Source: a virus
DNA: 64,000 nt
Direction: 5' to 3' (one strand)
IMG/VR virus record: IMGVR_UViG_3300036831_000148
Coordinates: 32,001-96,000 of that record
The number at the start of each line of letters is the position of its first letter. The first letter of the stretch is position 1. The translations under genes were made by a program, and so were the position numbers. Below, piece after piece: positions 36,101-45,142 of the stretch. The notes below the pieces were generated by a model. The model worked only from the letters and a program-made list of their open reading frames with translations. It ran no database searches and was not told the DNA's origin.

Positions 36101-36218
36101 CGTCCCAGGGGCGGCGCGCCGAGTTGGGCTCGGTGCCCAGGTACTGCTGCGGCCCGTCAAAGCGGTGGAGGTTCCCCTCCAGCCACCCGGCGACCGATTC
36201 GGGGCTGCGTCCCGGCAA
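33171..36218 (-). CDS. B12-binding radical SAM protein (TIGR03960-like) fused to a TIGR03936/DUF2344-like domain
   Basis: QYLGTEPNS, FDIVGTSISY, GEAE, RGCDCWCVFC (CxxxCxxC), KVKLYF; C-terminal LRFVT..L..VFRRA. Confidence 0.75.
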   Translation of the reverse strand: MPGRSPESVAGWLEGNLHRFDGPQQYLGTEPNSARRPWDGASVRLLLAASWDYSQAAGNMAIPALYDAVHKAGAYTLADRWYLPATMRDLDLLVKGQVPVFGIESRHQLRDFDIVGTSISYTVLFMNFCRYLTMSGVPLRWRDRVPEDYPMILAGGQAWCAPEFMAPVVDCVWLGEAEDEPGNPGIAAVCARVRELRESGDWQSRRVWCYQRLALEFRFLYFPRFTAVDYRYEDRGLPEQTKTVAGYRPLLDGMPLERRSRRVASLADADLMTSAPVLFSDPGMGSGDVEAMRGCDCWCVFCRLSWVSKPPREEPVERTVERAAAWRRNMGATEISLVAPDPPMHRRKKELIGALLENVTDRVDASSMRIDDYLSDGDFSLLLQVSGTDSITLGLEGGAQRIRDLAGKGTSDDDVAAAVTRAIRAGVRKVKLYFISNWPGESRADVMRVVELGRRLADIRDSLGPAAAGVQIIFSWTPLLIEAQTPLQWFAVTPPDYMLSEAFRELMDNHRIWVKIGSKATAEKMAFFQVCQRASRDVGEAVADVIEHYGTASWGGFPKDMPARLDEALRRRGFRNGTDDIFGERFYGDLLGWEFIHTGVSRDLMWRAYRDMVEFLEGTSAETYDSQVPDGYHGQEWVPRCDQQCSGNACGVCTREDLELRRARVQAADRDLQARPVRPVDHSTVALKVRLQVDRPPGLRFVTNESLVYVFRRAAYQAQESFPGFPDLASRAVRLASGSTGYRERSAGRDYVEFGLTRGSEAVGPYLAKLGEILQPHLSWTGLYRVLLPSAKLPSRPSSLWELEVADDPGALGRRLAWWDAAAEVPVQIRADSFYTGATAVRGDAKEHVADFWVTRDGHRVLLKMILNGRLGPYQAYAALTGRASWIDAARYTALREEFFHGGAQPCEGCGRPVPASLVDVPWSDSLCPRCADQATGLVTAGLRAAGVLPGTSYPHLGREPVDSPGFKMTHRYGDTFGAAASQPAEEDEDWAGPGFPRHPSPDTLDQAQPVDAAA

Positions 36219-36881
36219 CTACTCCGCCTCCCCCTCGAACACCTGCGTGCGGCCGTCCGGACCGCGCGCCAGGCGCACCGTCACGTCGGCGAACTGAACC
36301 AGCGACTTATCGTGGGTAATCATAAACACCTGCACCCCCATCCGGTCGGCCACCTCGCGCAGGAAGGCGCCCAGCCGGTCAATGAAGCTCTCGCTGACGA
36401 ACCGGAACGACTCGTCCAGGAACAGCACCTGGCGGGCCCCCGGGGTCAGCTTCACCATCACCAGCCGCAGCACGAAGCCGACCACCACCACCATGCCGCC
36501 GCCGCGGGCGTCCACCACCGCCGTCTCAAGGACCCGGTCCCCGTAGGGAGACCGGATGACCGGCTCCAGGGTGGCCTGCCCGCCGACCTCGCCGGGCAGC
36601 AGGTGAAACGACAGTTCCTCGCCGAAGATCACCTGCAGGGCGCGCGTCGCCAGGTCCTCGAACATCGCCCTGGCGGCCTCCTGGCGCTCCTCGCCCATGC
36701 TGGTCAGCAGCGCGGCCACCTTCGCGTGCAGGTCAACCGCTGCCTCAAGCCGCTCGATTTCCGCGGCGGCGGCCTTGCCCGCCCTCGCCAGCGCGACCGC
36801 GCGGCCGGCCTCCCGGTCCAGGCGGCGCTGTACCGCCAGGGCCCGGGAGGCCAGGGCGTCAAGGTCTACGGGGCCGCCCAC
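36219..36881 (-). CDS. SbcC/Rad50-like ATPase, C-terminal half
   Basis: coiled coil then ARGGG signature, LFLDES, ITH; no Walker A. Confidence 0.75.
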   Translation of the reverse strand: MGGPVDLDALASRALAVQRRLDREAGRAVALARAGKAAAAEIERLEAAVDLHAKVAALLTSMGEERQEAARAMFEDLATRALQVIFGEELSFHLLPGEVGGQATLEPVIRSPYGDRVLETAVVDARGGGMVVVVGFVLRLVMVKLTPGARQVLFLDESFRFVSESFIDRLGAFLREVADRMGVQVFMITHDKSLVQFADVTVRLARGPDGRTQVFEGEAE

Positions 36882-37018
36882 TGCCAGCCAGCCAGGTCAA
36901 GGTCCGGGCGCTCCTCCAGCCAGTCCAGGAAGTCGGACGGCGTATCGAACGTCACCTTGGCCTTGCCGTCGGTAACGGCGCCCTGCAGCCCGGTTTCGAA
37001 CCTTCCGACAGAGATCAT
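36866..37018 (-). CDS. hypothetical 50-aa protein
   Basis: TGATG coupling, MISVGRFETGLQGAVTDGKAKVTF... Confidence 0.5.
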   Translation of the reverse strand: MISVGRFETGLQGAVTDGKAKVTFDTPSDFLDWLEERPDLDLAGWQWAAP

Positions 37019-37608
37019 CAGGCGCGCTTGCCGCCGTGGCGGCGAGGCCGGGTCCGGTTGTAGGCCATCTTGCGGGTGTACTCGGCCTGCAGGTCAATGC
37101 CGTACAGCCCGCAGAGCTGCCGGAGGAACATGATGACCCCGGCCAGTTCCCGGGCCGGGTCCTCGTAGCAGGTCTCCCGGGCGAGCGACACGCGCGCGAT
37201 GGCGCAGTGCAGTGCGTTCATGTTCTCCAGGAAGCCGTCGTCCAGGGCGAATACCCCCTGGTCAGCCTCCACGTAGTCAGTCGTCGGCAAGCCGAACCGG
37301 TCGCTGTCGTCCAGCGCCCGGATGAGGATGTCAGCGAACTCGCTGCCGACGCCCTCCGGCTTGGGGTTCTGAAAGCAGCCGGGGCACCCCTCTACGGTGC
37401 CGTCATCCTCGTGCATGTGCTCCAGGTAGCGCGTGGCGTCAGCCAGGCCGTGCACGCGCCAGGCGTCGCTCGCCTCGGCGACCTCGCTGTGCAGCAGGGC
37501 GAGCGCTGCGGGGAACGTCACCGGGCTATCGTTCCAGCCCATCAACTCGCAGTAGGCGGCCACCTCGGCCTGCATCTCGGCCAGGGGGAGCACTTCCGTT
37601 GTCGTCAT
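37018..37608 (-). CDS. MazG-like NTP pyrophosphohydrolase (tandem domain)
   Basis: LALLHSEVAEA...SEFADILIR...KMAYNRTRP.RHGGK. Confidence 0.8.
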   Translation of the reverse strand: MTTTEVLPLAEMQAEVAAYCELMGWNDSPVTFPAALALLHSEVAEASDAWRVHGLADATRYLEHMHEDDGTVEGCPGCFQNPKPEGVGSEFADILIRALDDSDRFGLPTTDYVEADQGVFALDDGFLENMNALHCAIARVSLARETCYEDPARELAGVIMFLRQLCGLYGIDLQAEYTRKMAYNRTRPRRHGGKRA

Positions 37609-38804
37609 CACTTGTCTCCGTATCCGACCAGGGCGGGCGGCATCTGGGGGATGATCGCGGTGACCCTGGCCTCGTTGTCCTCCAGCAGAAGCGGGGGGTA
37701 GCTCTTGCCCCGCGGGATGCCCACCCGGAACTCGCAGTAGGCGGACGGGTGCGCAGCCAGCGCCGCGTCCAGGTGGCCGGCGTTGACCGCGAGCAGCAGC
37801 CGCTCGCCCTCCCACTTGGCCTGCAGCACCTGCTCGGCGCCGTTGCCGTCGCTGTCGCGCGACAGCACCGTCAGGCGGCCGGGCTCGGCGACCAGGGCGA
37901 CCGCCGAGGTGCTGGCGTCGGCGTTGACCCGCACCCGGTGCAGCGCCCTGGTCAGGTCGGCCTTGTCCACGCCGAGTACCAGCTTGTTGACCGACGCCGG
38001 GCGCAGGAACAGCGCCTCCACGCCGGGGAAGGGGGCACTCGGCTTGGCGGCCGCCAGCGTGACGGTGCCCGCCCGGAACACCGCGTACGAGCCGAAGTCG
38101 GCGACCTCCACGTTCTCCACAGGCACCTTCTCCAGCACCTTCACCAGGTCGGCAAGGGCGAAGCCGGGCACCGACAGCGGCACCGGGAAGCCGGGGACGG
38201 GGGCGCGGGAGAACTGGCTGCTGTCCACCGCGCAGGCGAACATCATGCGGCCCTCGTGGTCAGTGCCCTCGTCGACCACGGCGCTCTCCACCCGGACCTG
38301 CGTGAACGCCGGGCGGCCGGGGTCCTTGCCGACCGCGTGGCGGACGGTCATCAGGCCGGCGAGCAGCGACTCGCGGGGGACCGGCGCAAACCCGGCGCCG
38401 TCCAGGTCGGGCAGGCCGGGCCAGCGCGCCGGGCTAGGGGCGCGCAGCGTCCAGGACGCGCCGCCGGCCAGCACGGTGACCTCGTTGCCGGACACCCGGA
38501 CGGTGACGTCGCCGTCGGGGGCCTCGGCGAGCAGCGCCTTCAGCTTCCGGCCGGAGACGTAGAACCGGCCCTCGCCCTCGGCGCGCACCCCGGGGGTGCT
38601 GGCGAAGACGCTCAGGTGCTGGTCGGTGCCCGCCAGGGTCAGCCCGGCGGGCGTCACGTCCACCTGGAAGCACCCGTGGATGGGCAGCGTGGTGGTGCCG
38701 GGCACGGCCGCCATCGCCCACTCGGCCAGTTGCGCGAACGGCGCCTTCCTGACCGTGAAGCTGCAGGAGCCGTAACCCTGCCATGTTCCTTCGATCTCGC
38801 TCAC
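37608..38804 (-). CDS. dnaN: DNA sliding clamp (Pol III beta)
   Basis: 398 aa, L.L.GTD, AVDS, FP, C-terminal IIPQM pattern of beta clamp. Confidence 0.8.
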   Translation of the reverse strand: MSEIEGTWQGYGSCSFTVRKAPFAQLAEWAMAAVPGTTTLPIHGCFQVDVTPAGLTLAGTDQHLSVFASTPGVRAEGEGRFYVSGRKLKALLAEAPDGDVTVRVSGNEVTVLAGGASWTLRAPSPARWPGLPDLDGAGFAPVPRESLLAGLMTVRHAVGKDPGRPAFTQVRVESAVVDEGTDHEGRMMFACAVDSSQFSRAPVPGFPVPLSVPGFALADLVKVLEKVPVENVEVADFGSYAVFRAGTVTLAAAKPSAPFPGVEALFLRPASVNKLVLGVDKADLTRALHRVRVNADASTSAVALVAEPGRLTVLSRDSDGNGAEQVLQAKWEGERLLLAVNAGHLDAALAAHPSAYCEFRVGIPRGKSYPPLLLEDNEARVTAIIPQMPPALVGYGDK

Positions 38805-39052
38805 TGACTGCCTTCCGCTAGGTCAAGCTGGCGGCGGGCCTCTGCCGCCGCCTCCGCTACTTGGTTATCCAGGCTGGCCAGCAGGTCGCGGGCCTCCTCA
38901 GCGGTTCTTACGCCGAACTCCTCAAGCAGGTCGGCGGCGACGGCATCGGCCCTGGCCTGGTCCTGCTGCACCCCCGCAACGGCCTGCGCGTGGCGCGCGC
39001 GGGCGCCCGCCGCGTCCCTGCGCAGTTGCGCGATGACCTCCTCGGCGCTCAC
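38801..39052 (-). CDS. coiled-coil protein
   Basis: 83 aa, L.EEFGV.T.EEA..LL. Confidence 0.55.
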   Translation of the reverse strand: MSAEEVIAQLRRDAAGARARHAQAVAGVQQDQARADAVAADLLEEFGVRTAEEARDLLASLDNQVAEAAAEARRQLDLAEGSQ

Positions 39053-39496
39053 CTAGTCCGCCCGGACTACTTCGCGCACGCCCATCAGGGCCAGGCCGAG
39101 GTAGTTGAGCCCCTCCGCCTGCGCGCACTGCGAGCACGTGCAGTTGCCCCAGAAGTTGTCGTGCCAGTGGTTGCCCTCCACCAGGAGCTCGCCCCCGGTC
39201 TGGGCCAGGCGCCTCCCCAGGTCCGGGTTCTGGGTGAATTTCATCAGCACGGTCACGAGCATGACCGGCTTCCTCGCCCGGTCCCAGTCGCCGCGCAGTT
39301 CCACGCTCCGGCCGAGCCTCTTGGCCTCGGCCGGGGTCGCCAGGGCCGTGAACCGGGCGCGGACCGCGAGGTCCCGGGTCTTGTACGCCTGGTAGGCGTG
39401 CTCGGCCGACGGGTAGATGACGCCGCCGAGGGTCACCGGGCACAGCCAGAAGTTGGACAGGAACCGGTACTCGCCGTCAAAGCTCTCGATAGCCAT
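39053..39496 (-). CDS. NADAR (YbiA-like) family protein
   Basis: FLSNFW, YPSAEHAYQAYK, AKRLGR, KFTQN, LVEGN.W.D.FWG, G.N.LG..LM.VR. Confidence 0.9.
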   Translation of the reverse strand: MAIESFDGEYRFLSNFWLCPVTLGGVIYPSAEHAYQAYKTRDLAVRARFTALATPAEAKRLGRSVELRGDWDRARKPVMLVTVLMKFTQNPDLGRRLAQTGGELLVEGNHWHDNFWGNCTCSQCAQAEGLNYLGLALMGVREVVRAD

Positions 39497-39509
39497 ACCC
39501 GTGATACGC

Positions 39510-40349
39510 CTACTGCGCCGCGCCGACGCGGCCCGGCCGGCTGCCCATCTTGAAGGCCGGGCAGGCGTGCAGCACCGGGCAGCCCCACTGCCCGGTGCAG
39601 TCGCTGCGGTCCTGCTTGGGGGCCAGCTTCCCGGCCCAGATGTCGCGGGCGGTCTTCTCGATCCGGCCGGCCATCTGCCGCACCGCGGCGGCGTCCACCG
39701 TCACCGGGAGCACCCGCTGGGTGCACATCGGCTGGATCAGCCCGGTACGGGCGGGCATCCGGCCGTGCATGCCCATTACCGCCAGGGCGTAGAAGGCGAG
39801 CTGCCCGAGCACCTTGCGGTAGTAGTCCTCGTTACGGGTAGCCTTCAGGTCCCAGACCGCGTAGTCGCCGTTGCCGTCACGGACCAGCAGGTCCATCTCG
39901 CCGATGATGGAAATCATCCGGGGCAGGCCGTCCGGCCCGGTGACCTCCACCGGCACCTCGAACCGGACCGCGGGCTGCCACTCGAACGGCAGGCAGTACA
40001 CCTTCAGGATCTCCTCCAGGCGCACCACCAGCTCCCGGCACATGTCCAGGGTCTCGGCCCGGTCGGTGACCGTCTTCCAGTGCACGAACCCCTCGTCGGA
40101 GTGCTCGGTGCACTCCTTGAAGATGGCGTCGATCTGGGCCCGCATCCAGCCGGCCTCCGGGTCCTCCTGCAGCAGCCAGCGGCGCATCGCGATGTCCACT
40201 GCGGTTCCGTGCACGTACGAGCGGATGTTCTGCGCGGACGGCTTATGACGGCGCATCAGGTCGCCCTTGGCCGGGCACTCGTCGTGCAGTTTCAGCCTTG
40301 ACCAGCTCAGCCTCAGCAGTTCCGGGGGGACCTCCAGCGTGCTGGTCAC
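39510..40349 (-). CDS. PD-(D/E)XK RecB/Cas4-like exonuclease
   Basis: LSWS...CP, GEMDLL, WDLK, QLAFY, C-terminal Cys cluster. Confidence 0.8.
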   Translation of the reverse strand: MTSTLEVPPELLRLSWSRLKLHDECPAKGDLMRRHKPSAQNIRSYVHGTAVDIAMRRWLLQEDPEAGWMRAQIDAIFKECTEHSDEGFVHWKTVTDRAETLDMCRELVVRLEEILKVYCLPFEWQPAVRFEVPVEVTGPDGLPRMISIIGEMDLLVRDGNGDYAVWDLKATRNEDYYRKVLGQLAFYALAVMGMHGRMPARTGLIQPMCTQRVLPVTVDAAAVRQMAGRIEKTARDIWAGKLAPKQDRSDCTGQWGCPVLHACPAFKMGSRPGRVGAAQ

Positions 40350-40861
40350 AGCCCTCCGCCCATGCCGTCGGCCGCGCCCCGGCGGAACCGCTCCTCGTCC
40401 TCGGGGTAGCGCGGGTTCACCACGAGGACCGGCACCTCGGCCAGCATCTCGATCTGCCCGGCGGCCTGCGGGTGGTCCTCGTAGTAGAGCAGCATCTCGA
40501 TCCCCCGCTCGCGCAGCTCGCAGATGAAGCGGGCCTTCAGCCGCCCGTTGGGGGCGTTGTCGCCGGGCGGGCGCTGCCGGATGTCGTCAAACGGGATCCG
40601 GTGCAGGTCCAGCCACTGGCGGGTGACCGCCGCAGACGACTCCTCGCTGCCCGAGAAGACGTACACCCGGTGGTGCGGGTAGTGCAGCCGGGCGGCGGCG
40701 ACCGCGCCGGGGAAGGGCGTGTCGCCCATCCGGGCGGCGCAGTACCTGCCCCAGTCCGACGACGGGTCAGACATCGGCGACAGGCCCCAGCGGTGCCGGG
40801 TGTCCGCCAGCGTCGAGTCAAGGTCAAAGCCGACCGCCGTGGTCAGCGCTCCGCGGTCCAT
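40346..40861 (-). CDS. HAD-family phosphatase (PNKP-phosphatase-like)
   Basis: FDLDSTLAD, SG, T..WL, K, YED. Confidence 0.75.
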   Translation of the reverse strand: MDRGALTTAVGFDLDSTLADTRHRWGLSPMSDPSSDWGRYCAARMGDTPFPGAVAAARLHYPHHRVYVFSGSEESSAAVTRQWLDLHRIPFDDIRQRPPGDNAPNGRLKARFICELRERGIEMLLYYEDHPQAAGQIEMLAEVPVLVVNPRYPEDEERFRRGAADGMGGGL

Positions 40862-41838
40862 AATCCTCCTAGCTGGGCCATCAGGTACTCCTCGGCGAGG
40901 GCGGTCACGGCTTCCCCGTGGCCTCCGGCCCGGATGGCGGCGAGCACGCTCTCTACGTTTAGTACGCCCAGCGCCGCGCCGTTCACCCCCGCCAGGAAGG
41001 CGTCCAGGCTGCGCCGGGCGGTGACCTCCCGGGCGTGCTCCCGCAGCCGGAACACCTCGGACGCCGGCTTCGCCTTCAGCGGGATGAACTCGAACGACGA
41101 GGGCGACCCCAGCTCCCACAGCGCGCAGCCGACCTGCCGCTCCAGGTTGTACTCGTCCAGCGAGCCGCGCGACAGCGCCCCGAAGTTGCAGAACCGCAGC
41201 GCCGAGTCGTCGGCGGCGTAGACCCCGTGCGGCTCGTGGATGTGCCCGTACAGCAGGCCGTGGCTGAACGGGCCGTCGTCTATGCCCTGCGCCCACCACC
41301 GCGCCGGGGTGCACTCGGCGCCCGGGTAGCGCGGCTCCCGGCCCGGCGGGTAGACGGGCGCGTGGGTGACCACCAGGGACTGCCCGAACACGCCCTCGCG
41401 GAAGTCCGCGAGGCAGGCGCGCACGCGCTCCTCGCTCCACTCCTGCTGCCAGGGCACCCCGTACAGCGGCAGGTTGTCCTCGGTCCAGCCCTCCAGGCGC
41501 CGCGCGCCCGCCAGGTAGAGCACCCCGAGCGGCTGCCCGGCCTCGATCGACGCGAGGCGGTCGTGGAGGATGTCGTGGTTGCCCGGCACGATGTACAACG
41601 GGCAGGGATAGCCGTGCACCACCCTGATCAGGTCCTGCATCACCCCGTGGTCGGTGCGCGACGGGGCCTTGTGGTGCAGCACGTCGCCCGCCCAGACCAC
41701 GGCGCTCACCTCGCGGGCGGATGCGACCTCGGTCGTCTGCCAGAGCAGGTCCAGCAGGTCAGGCCAGTAAGTCTCGGTGCACGACGACGGCGGCCGACGG
41801 CTGGCGTGGATGTCGCTGACTCCCAGGATCCTCGTCAC
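40843..41838 (-). CDS. SbcD/Mre11-like nuclease
   Basis: SDIH, GD, GNHD, TH, GHIH, NFGALSR. Confidence 0.8.
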   Translation of the reverse strand: MTRILGVSDIHASRRPPSSCTETYWPDLLDLLWQTTEVASAREVSAVVWAGDVLHHKAPSRTDHGVMQDLIRVVHGYPCPLYIVPGNHDILHDRLASIEAGQPLGVLYLAGARRLEGWTEDNLPLYGVPWQQEWSEERVRACLADFREGVFGQSLVVTHAPVYPPGREPRYPGAECTPARWWAQGIDDGPFSHGLLYGHIHEPHGVYAADDSALRFCNFGALSRGSLDEYNLERQVGCALWELGSPSSFEFIPLKAKPASEVFRLREHAREVTARRSLDAFLAGVNGAALGVLNVESVLAAIRAGGHGEAVTALAEEYLMAQLGGLWTAER

Positions 41839-41859
41839 GCCTGTTACTACGGCGGGCGG

Positions 41860-42867
41860 TCAGGTGGTGCTGAACGTCGCCGTCGCCCAGTCCCCGGCGT
41901 GGTGGCCGTCGGCCGCCAGCGCGCGCACCCCGGCGGTGTACTGCGCCTTCCGCGCCAGCGAGCCGCCCTGCCACGTTTCCGGGTTAGCGTCCCTGGCCAC
42001 GTAGCGCGGGTAGGACGTGATGTCCGGCCCGGCCAGGCTCGGGCCGGCCGCGACGGCGATCTCGTACTCCGCCACGGCGGGCATCGGCGCGTAGCCCGGC
42101 CGCTCAGGGGGGGAGCCCCACTCCAGTTTCACGCTGGTGTCGCCGCCCGCGGCGGTCAGCTTCTGCACCGGCAGGTAGGTCCAGTCAGCCGGCAGGGGCT
42201 TAGGGGCCGGGCTCGCCCAGGCTCGCAGCGCCGCCTCGTCGCCGTTGAAGTAGTCCGTGTCCCCGCCGCCCGCCGCGACGTGGCCGTTCTGCCAGAACGT
42301 CCACGACCGCCACGGCGCGGGCGCGATGGGGGCGGACTCGTAGTAGGCGATGAACAGCGGGTAGGCGGCGCACGCGCCGAGCAGCGCCTGCGCCATGAAC
42401 AGGTCGGTGTACAGCACCACCTGGCAGCCCGGCCCGGCGAGGGCCTTCACCTCGTTGAGGAACTCCAGGGCAGCCGGGCCGACCGACTCGGCGGACAGCC
42501 CCGGCACCCAGGCGGGGTGCAGGCCGGTGTGCGAGCGGGCGGAGGACCGGGCGGTGCCGTGCGACTCCATCCCGTCGTCGCCGATGGTGATCTCCACGTC
42601 CGCCACCAGGATGTCCCCGGCCTGCAGGCCGTGCGCCCGTACCGTCTGCATGAAGTGCTGGGCCTGGCCGACCGCCGGCAGGGCCGGGTGGAAGAAGTGG
42701 TAGGCGCCGCGGACCTTGCCGGCGGCCTTCAGGTTCGACCAGTTGGACGCGAACGTCAGGTCGGACCAGGTGGTGCCCTCGGTCGCCTTGGCGAACCCGA
42801 AGGTGTCCCCGCCCCACCCGCCGATCGCCTGGAAGCTGCTGCGGTCCTCGCCGGTGACATTGGTCAT
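41860..42867 (-). CDS. GH25 muramidase endolysin with Fn3-like C-terminal domain
   Basis: D.SSFQ, KATEG, RGAYHFF, DVE, WTFWQ; CGATTA box 7 nt upstream. Confidence 0.85.
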   Translation of the reverse strand: MTNVTGEDRSSFQAIGGWGGDTFGFAKATEGTTWSDLTFASNWSNLKAAGKVRGAYHFFHPALPAVGQAQHFMQTVRAHGLQAGDILVADVEITIGDDGMESHGTARSSARSHTGLHPAWVPGLSAESVGPAALEFLNEVKALAGPGCQVVLYTDLFMAQALLGACAAYPLFIAYYESAPIAPAPWRSWTFWQNGHVAAGGGDTDYFNGDEAALRAWASPAPKPLPADWTYLPVQKLTAAGGDTSVKLEWGSPPERPGYAPMPAVAEYEIAVAAGPSLAGPDITSYPRYVARDANPETWQGGSLARKAQYTAGVRALAADGHHAGDWATATFSTT

Positions 42868-42884
42868 GAACCCCTAATCGGGGC

Positions 42885-43826
42885 CTAGGCGACCTCGCGC
42901 CCGCAGGTAGGGCACTGGCCTGCGTCGTCAAGGGCCTGGTGCACCCCGGCCAGCGCGGCCCGCTCGTCTGCGGCGGCCCGCTCAGCGGCGGCGGCGTGGC
43001 GGGCGGCACCCGCGCGGGCCTCCTCCAGGGCGCCCGCCAGGCTGCGGAGCCGGGCCGCGCGGCCGGCGAGCAGCTCCAGGTCCTCCAGGGACGGCGGCTC
43101 CCGGCGGGCGGCCTCGGCCCGCGCGGCGGCTGCAGCGGCCTGCGCCGCCTCCAGGCGGGCCCCCAGGGCGCGCAGCCGTGAGGCGGCGGCACTTGCCTCC
43201 TGCGCCCGTGCCAGGGCGCGTGCGGCCCGCTCCGCCGCCTCACGGCGCCCGCCCAGGCCCGCGAACTCCTGGACCTCCGCCAGCAGCGCGTCGTGGCGCT
43301 CGCGGGCGGCAGCCAGGTCGCGGGCCAGTTGCTTGCGGGCCCGGTTCACCTCTGCGGCGGCACCGTAAACCAGCGAGACGTTCGTCAAATCACCGAGCTT
43401 CCGCGCAATCACCGTGCCCGGCTCGGACAGCAGGAACGGCGGGTCGTGCTGTCCGGCGAAGTTCAGGTCCGACAGCGCCAGCAGGCTGGCCACCGGGCCG
43501 GGAACCTTCTTGTCCAGCTTGGTGTACCGCTCCCGGGACCACTGCCCGTCCTCGCCCAGCACGGCGGTGACGTACTCGTTCCGGCCCCGGGACGGCGAGC
43601 GGGTGACCTGGCACGCCCACGCGTCGTTGCCGGTCGCGACCGAGCAGGACGACTCCCCGGCGGTGACGTAGGACGTGCCGCGGGCATTGAACGCCAGCAG
43701 CCGCAGCGCGCGGAACAGTCCGCTCTTGCCGGCCCCGGTGGGCCCGGTAACGACGGTGAGCCTGCCCAGGGGGACGACCGCCCTGGGCAGGCTCTGGAAG
43801 TTGGTAACTTCTACCCGGCTTAGCAC
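42885..43826 (-). CDS. SbcC/Rad50-like ATPase, N-terminal half
   Basis: NFQS, GPTGAGKS, Q-loop, coiled coil ending in CPTCG hook. Confidence 0.8.
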   Translation of the reverse strand: MLSRVEVTNFQSLPRAVVPLGRLTVVTGPTGAGKSGLFRALRLLAFNARGTSYVTAGESSCSVATGNDAWACQVTRSPSRGRNEYVTAVLGEDGQWSRERYTKLDKKVPGPVASLLALSDLNFAGQHDPPFLLSEPGTVIARKLGDLTNVSLVYGAAAEVNRARKQLARDLAAARERHDALLAEVQEFAGLGGRREAAERAARALARAQEASAAASRLRALGARLEAAQAAAAAARAEAARREPPSLEDLELLAGRAARLRSLAGALEEARAGAARHAAAAERAAADERAALAGVHQALDDAGQCPTCGREVA

Positions 43827-43842
43827 ACCCGGTTATACGGCC

Positions 43843-44181
43843 TCAGCCGTCACCGCTGACGTGCACCGAGTGGCCCTCGCCGTCGCCCCCGTCGTCACCG
43901 CCGAAGAAGCCGTGCGAGGCGTGCGGGTCATCATCTACAGACTTGTAGACGGTGCGCGCGCCCTCGTCGTAGTACCCGCCCACGTGCGCGGTGTGCCACA
44001 CCGAGTAGGGCACCACCTGCGGCTGCGCCTGCCCGGCGGTGCAGAGCTCGTACTTGACGGCGCCGGCCGGGCCGGCCTGCCGCACGCAGGTGATGTTGTC
44101 CTTGGCCACCGACCGGTCGCTGAGCCAGTTGAGGCCGAACAGCAGGCCGATGGCGACAAGGGCCGCGATGAGCTTGGCCAC
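43843..44181 (-). CDS. membrane-anchored hypothetical protein
   Basis: N-terminal TM helix. Confidence 0.55.
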   Translation of the reverse strand: MAKLIAALVAIGLLFGLNWLSDRSVAKDNITCVRQAGPAGAVKYELCTAGQAQPQVVPYSVWHTAHVGGYYDEGARTVYKSVDDDPHASHGFFGGDDGGDGEGHSVHVSGDG

Positions 44182-44182
44182 G

Positions 44183-45142
44183 TCAGACTCCAGCGGCCGG
44201 GCCGGCCAGGGTCAGCCAGGCCCCGTAGCCCGCGAGGATGAAGACCAGGAACGCCCCCAGCGCGAGCACCACGACGATGCCGGTGCTGTGCACCTCGGTC
44301 ACGATCCCGTTGTCCACCAGGTACCGGACCCGGCGGCGGTACCCGGGCGGCCCGATGACGATCGAGTCCTTGAGGTTGCCCAGGGCCGACAGCGCGCCGG
44401 TGCGCTCACGCAGGATCATGTTGGCCTTGCGCGCGGCGTACAGCCACTGGATCTCGTCCGCCGGCCCCTTGCTCGCGTACTTGGCGAACAACTGGGAGCC
44501 GAGCAGGCCGAGCACGACCAGGGCCAGCTTGCCCGAGCCCGACCACTGGCCGATCTCGTGGCCGAGCATGCCCCACGAGGCTGGCGGGTTGATGCCGCCG
44601 GTCTGCAGGGCGGGGATCTTCCAGATGGCCAGTGCCCCGACGGCGATGCCGGGCAGGGCCGCGGCGAACGCCAGCAGCGGGGTGGCCGCGATGCGGTACC
44701 AGGTGTAGTCCTTGCGCACCTTGGGCGGCCTGGAGGTCAGGAAGGCGACCACCACGCCCGTCGCTACGCCGATGTAGACGTAGCGGATGTCGTGCCGGTC
44801 GGTGACCCACCACAGCGGGGCTGCCTGCCCGTTGTTGACGAAGCCGAAGAAGTTCCAGTGCAGGAGGTTGGCCAGGTGGACCGGCAGCCGGTCCCACCAG
44901 TCGCCCGGCTGGTACGACCCGTAGACCGCCACCGGCTGCCCGTGCTTGGCCTCAGTGAACAACGTGGTCTGGGTGCCGATGTAGTAGCCGGCGTCTGAAG
45001 CCCAGTGGACGATGTGGCCGAGGATGAAGCCCCACACCACGGTCTCCAGGGTGAGCCAGACGGCTTCCCCGCCCTTGGGCCGCCAGGAAACCTGCTCCGG
45101 GGCGAACTCGGCGCCGAGCTCGCGCTCAGAGGTCCCGGTCAC
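44183..45142 (-). CDS. multi-pass membrane protein
   Basis: about 5 hydrophobic segments. Confidence 0.65.
   Translation of the reverse strand: MTGTSERELGAEFAPEQVSWRPKGGEAVWLTLETVVWGFILGHIVHWASDAGYYIGTQTTLFTEAKHGQPVAVYGSYQPGDWWDRLPVHLANLLHWNFFGFVNNGQAAPLWWVTDRHDIRYVYIGVATGVVVAFLTSRPPKVRKDYTWYRIAATPLLAFAAALPGIAVGALAIWKIPALQTGGINPPASWGMLGHEIGQWSGSGKLALVVLGLLGSQLFAKYASKGPADEIQWLYAARKANMILRERTGALSALGNLKDSIVIGPPGYRRRVRYLVDNGIVTEVHSTGIVVVLALGAFLVFILAGYGAWLTLAGPAAGV

Noticed and set aside
33516-37133. 1205-aa + strand ORF and other long + strand ORFs (e.g. 51431-53800, 41035-42888)
   Set aside because: Antisense shadows of GC3-rich minus-strand genes, with no recognisable motifs.
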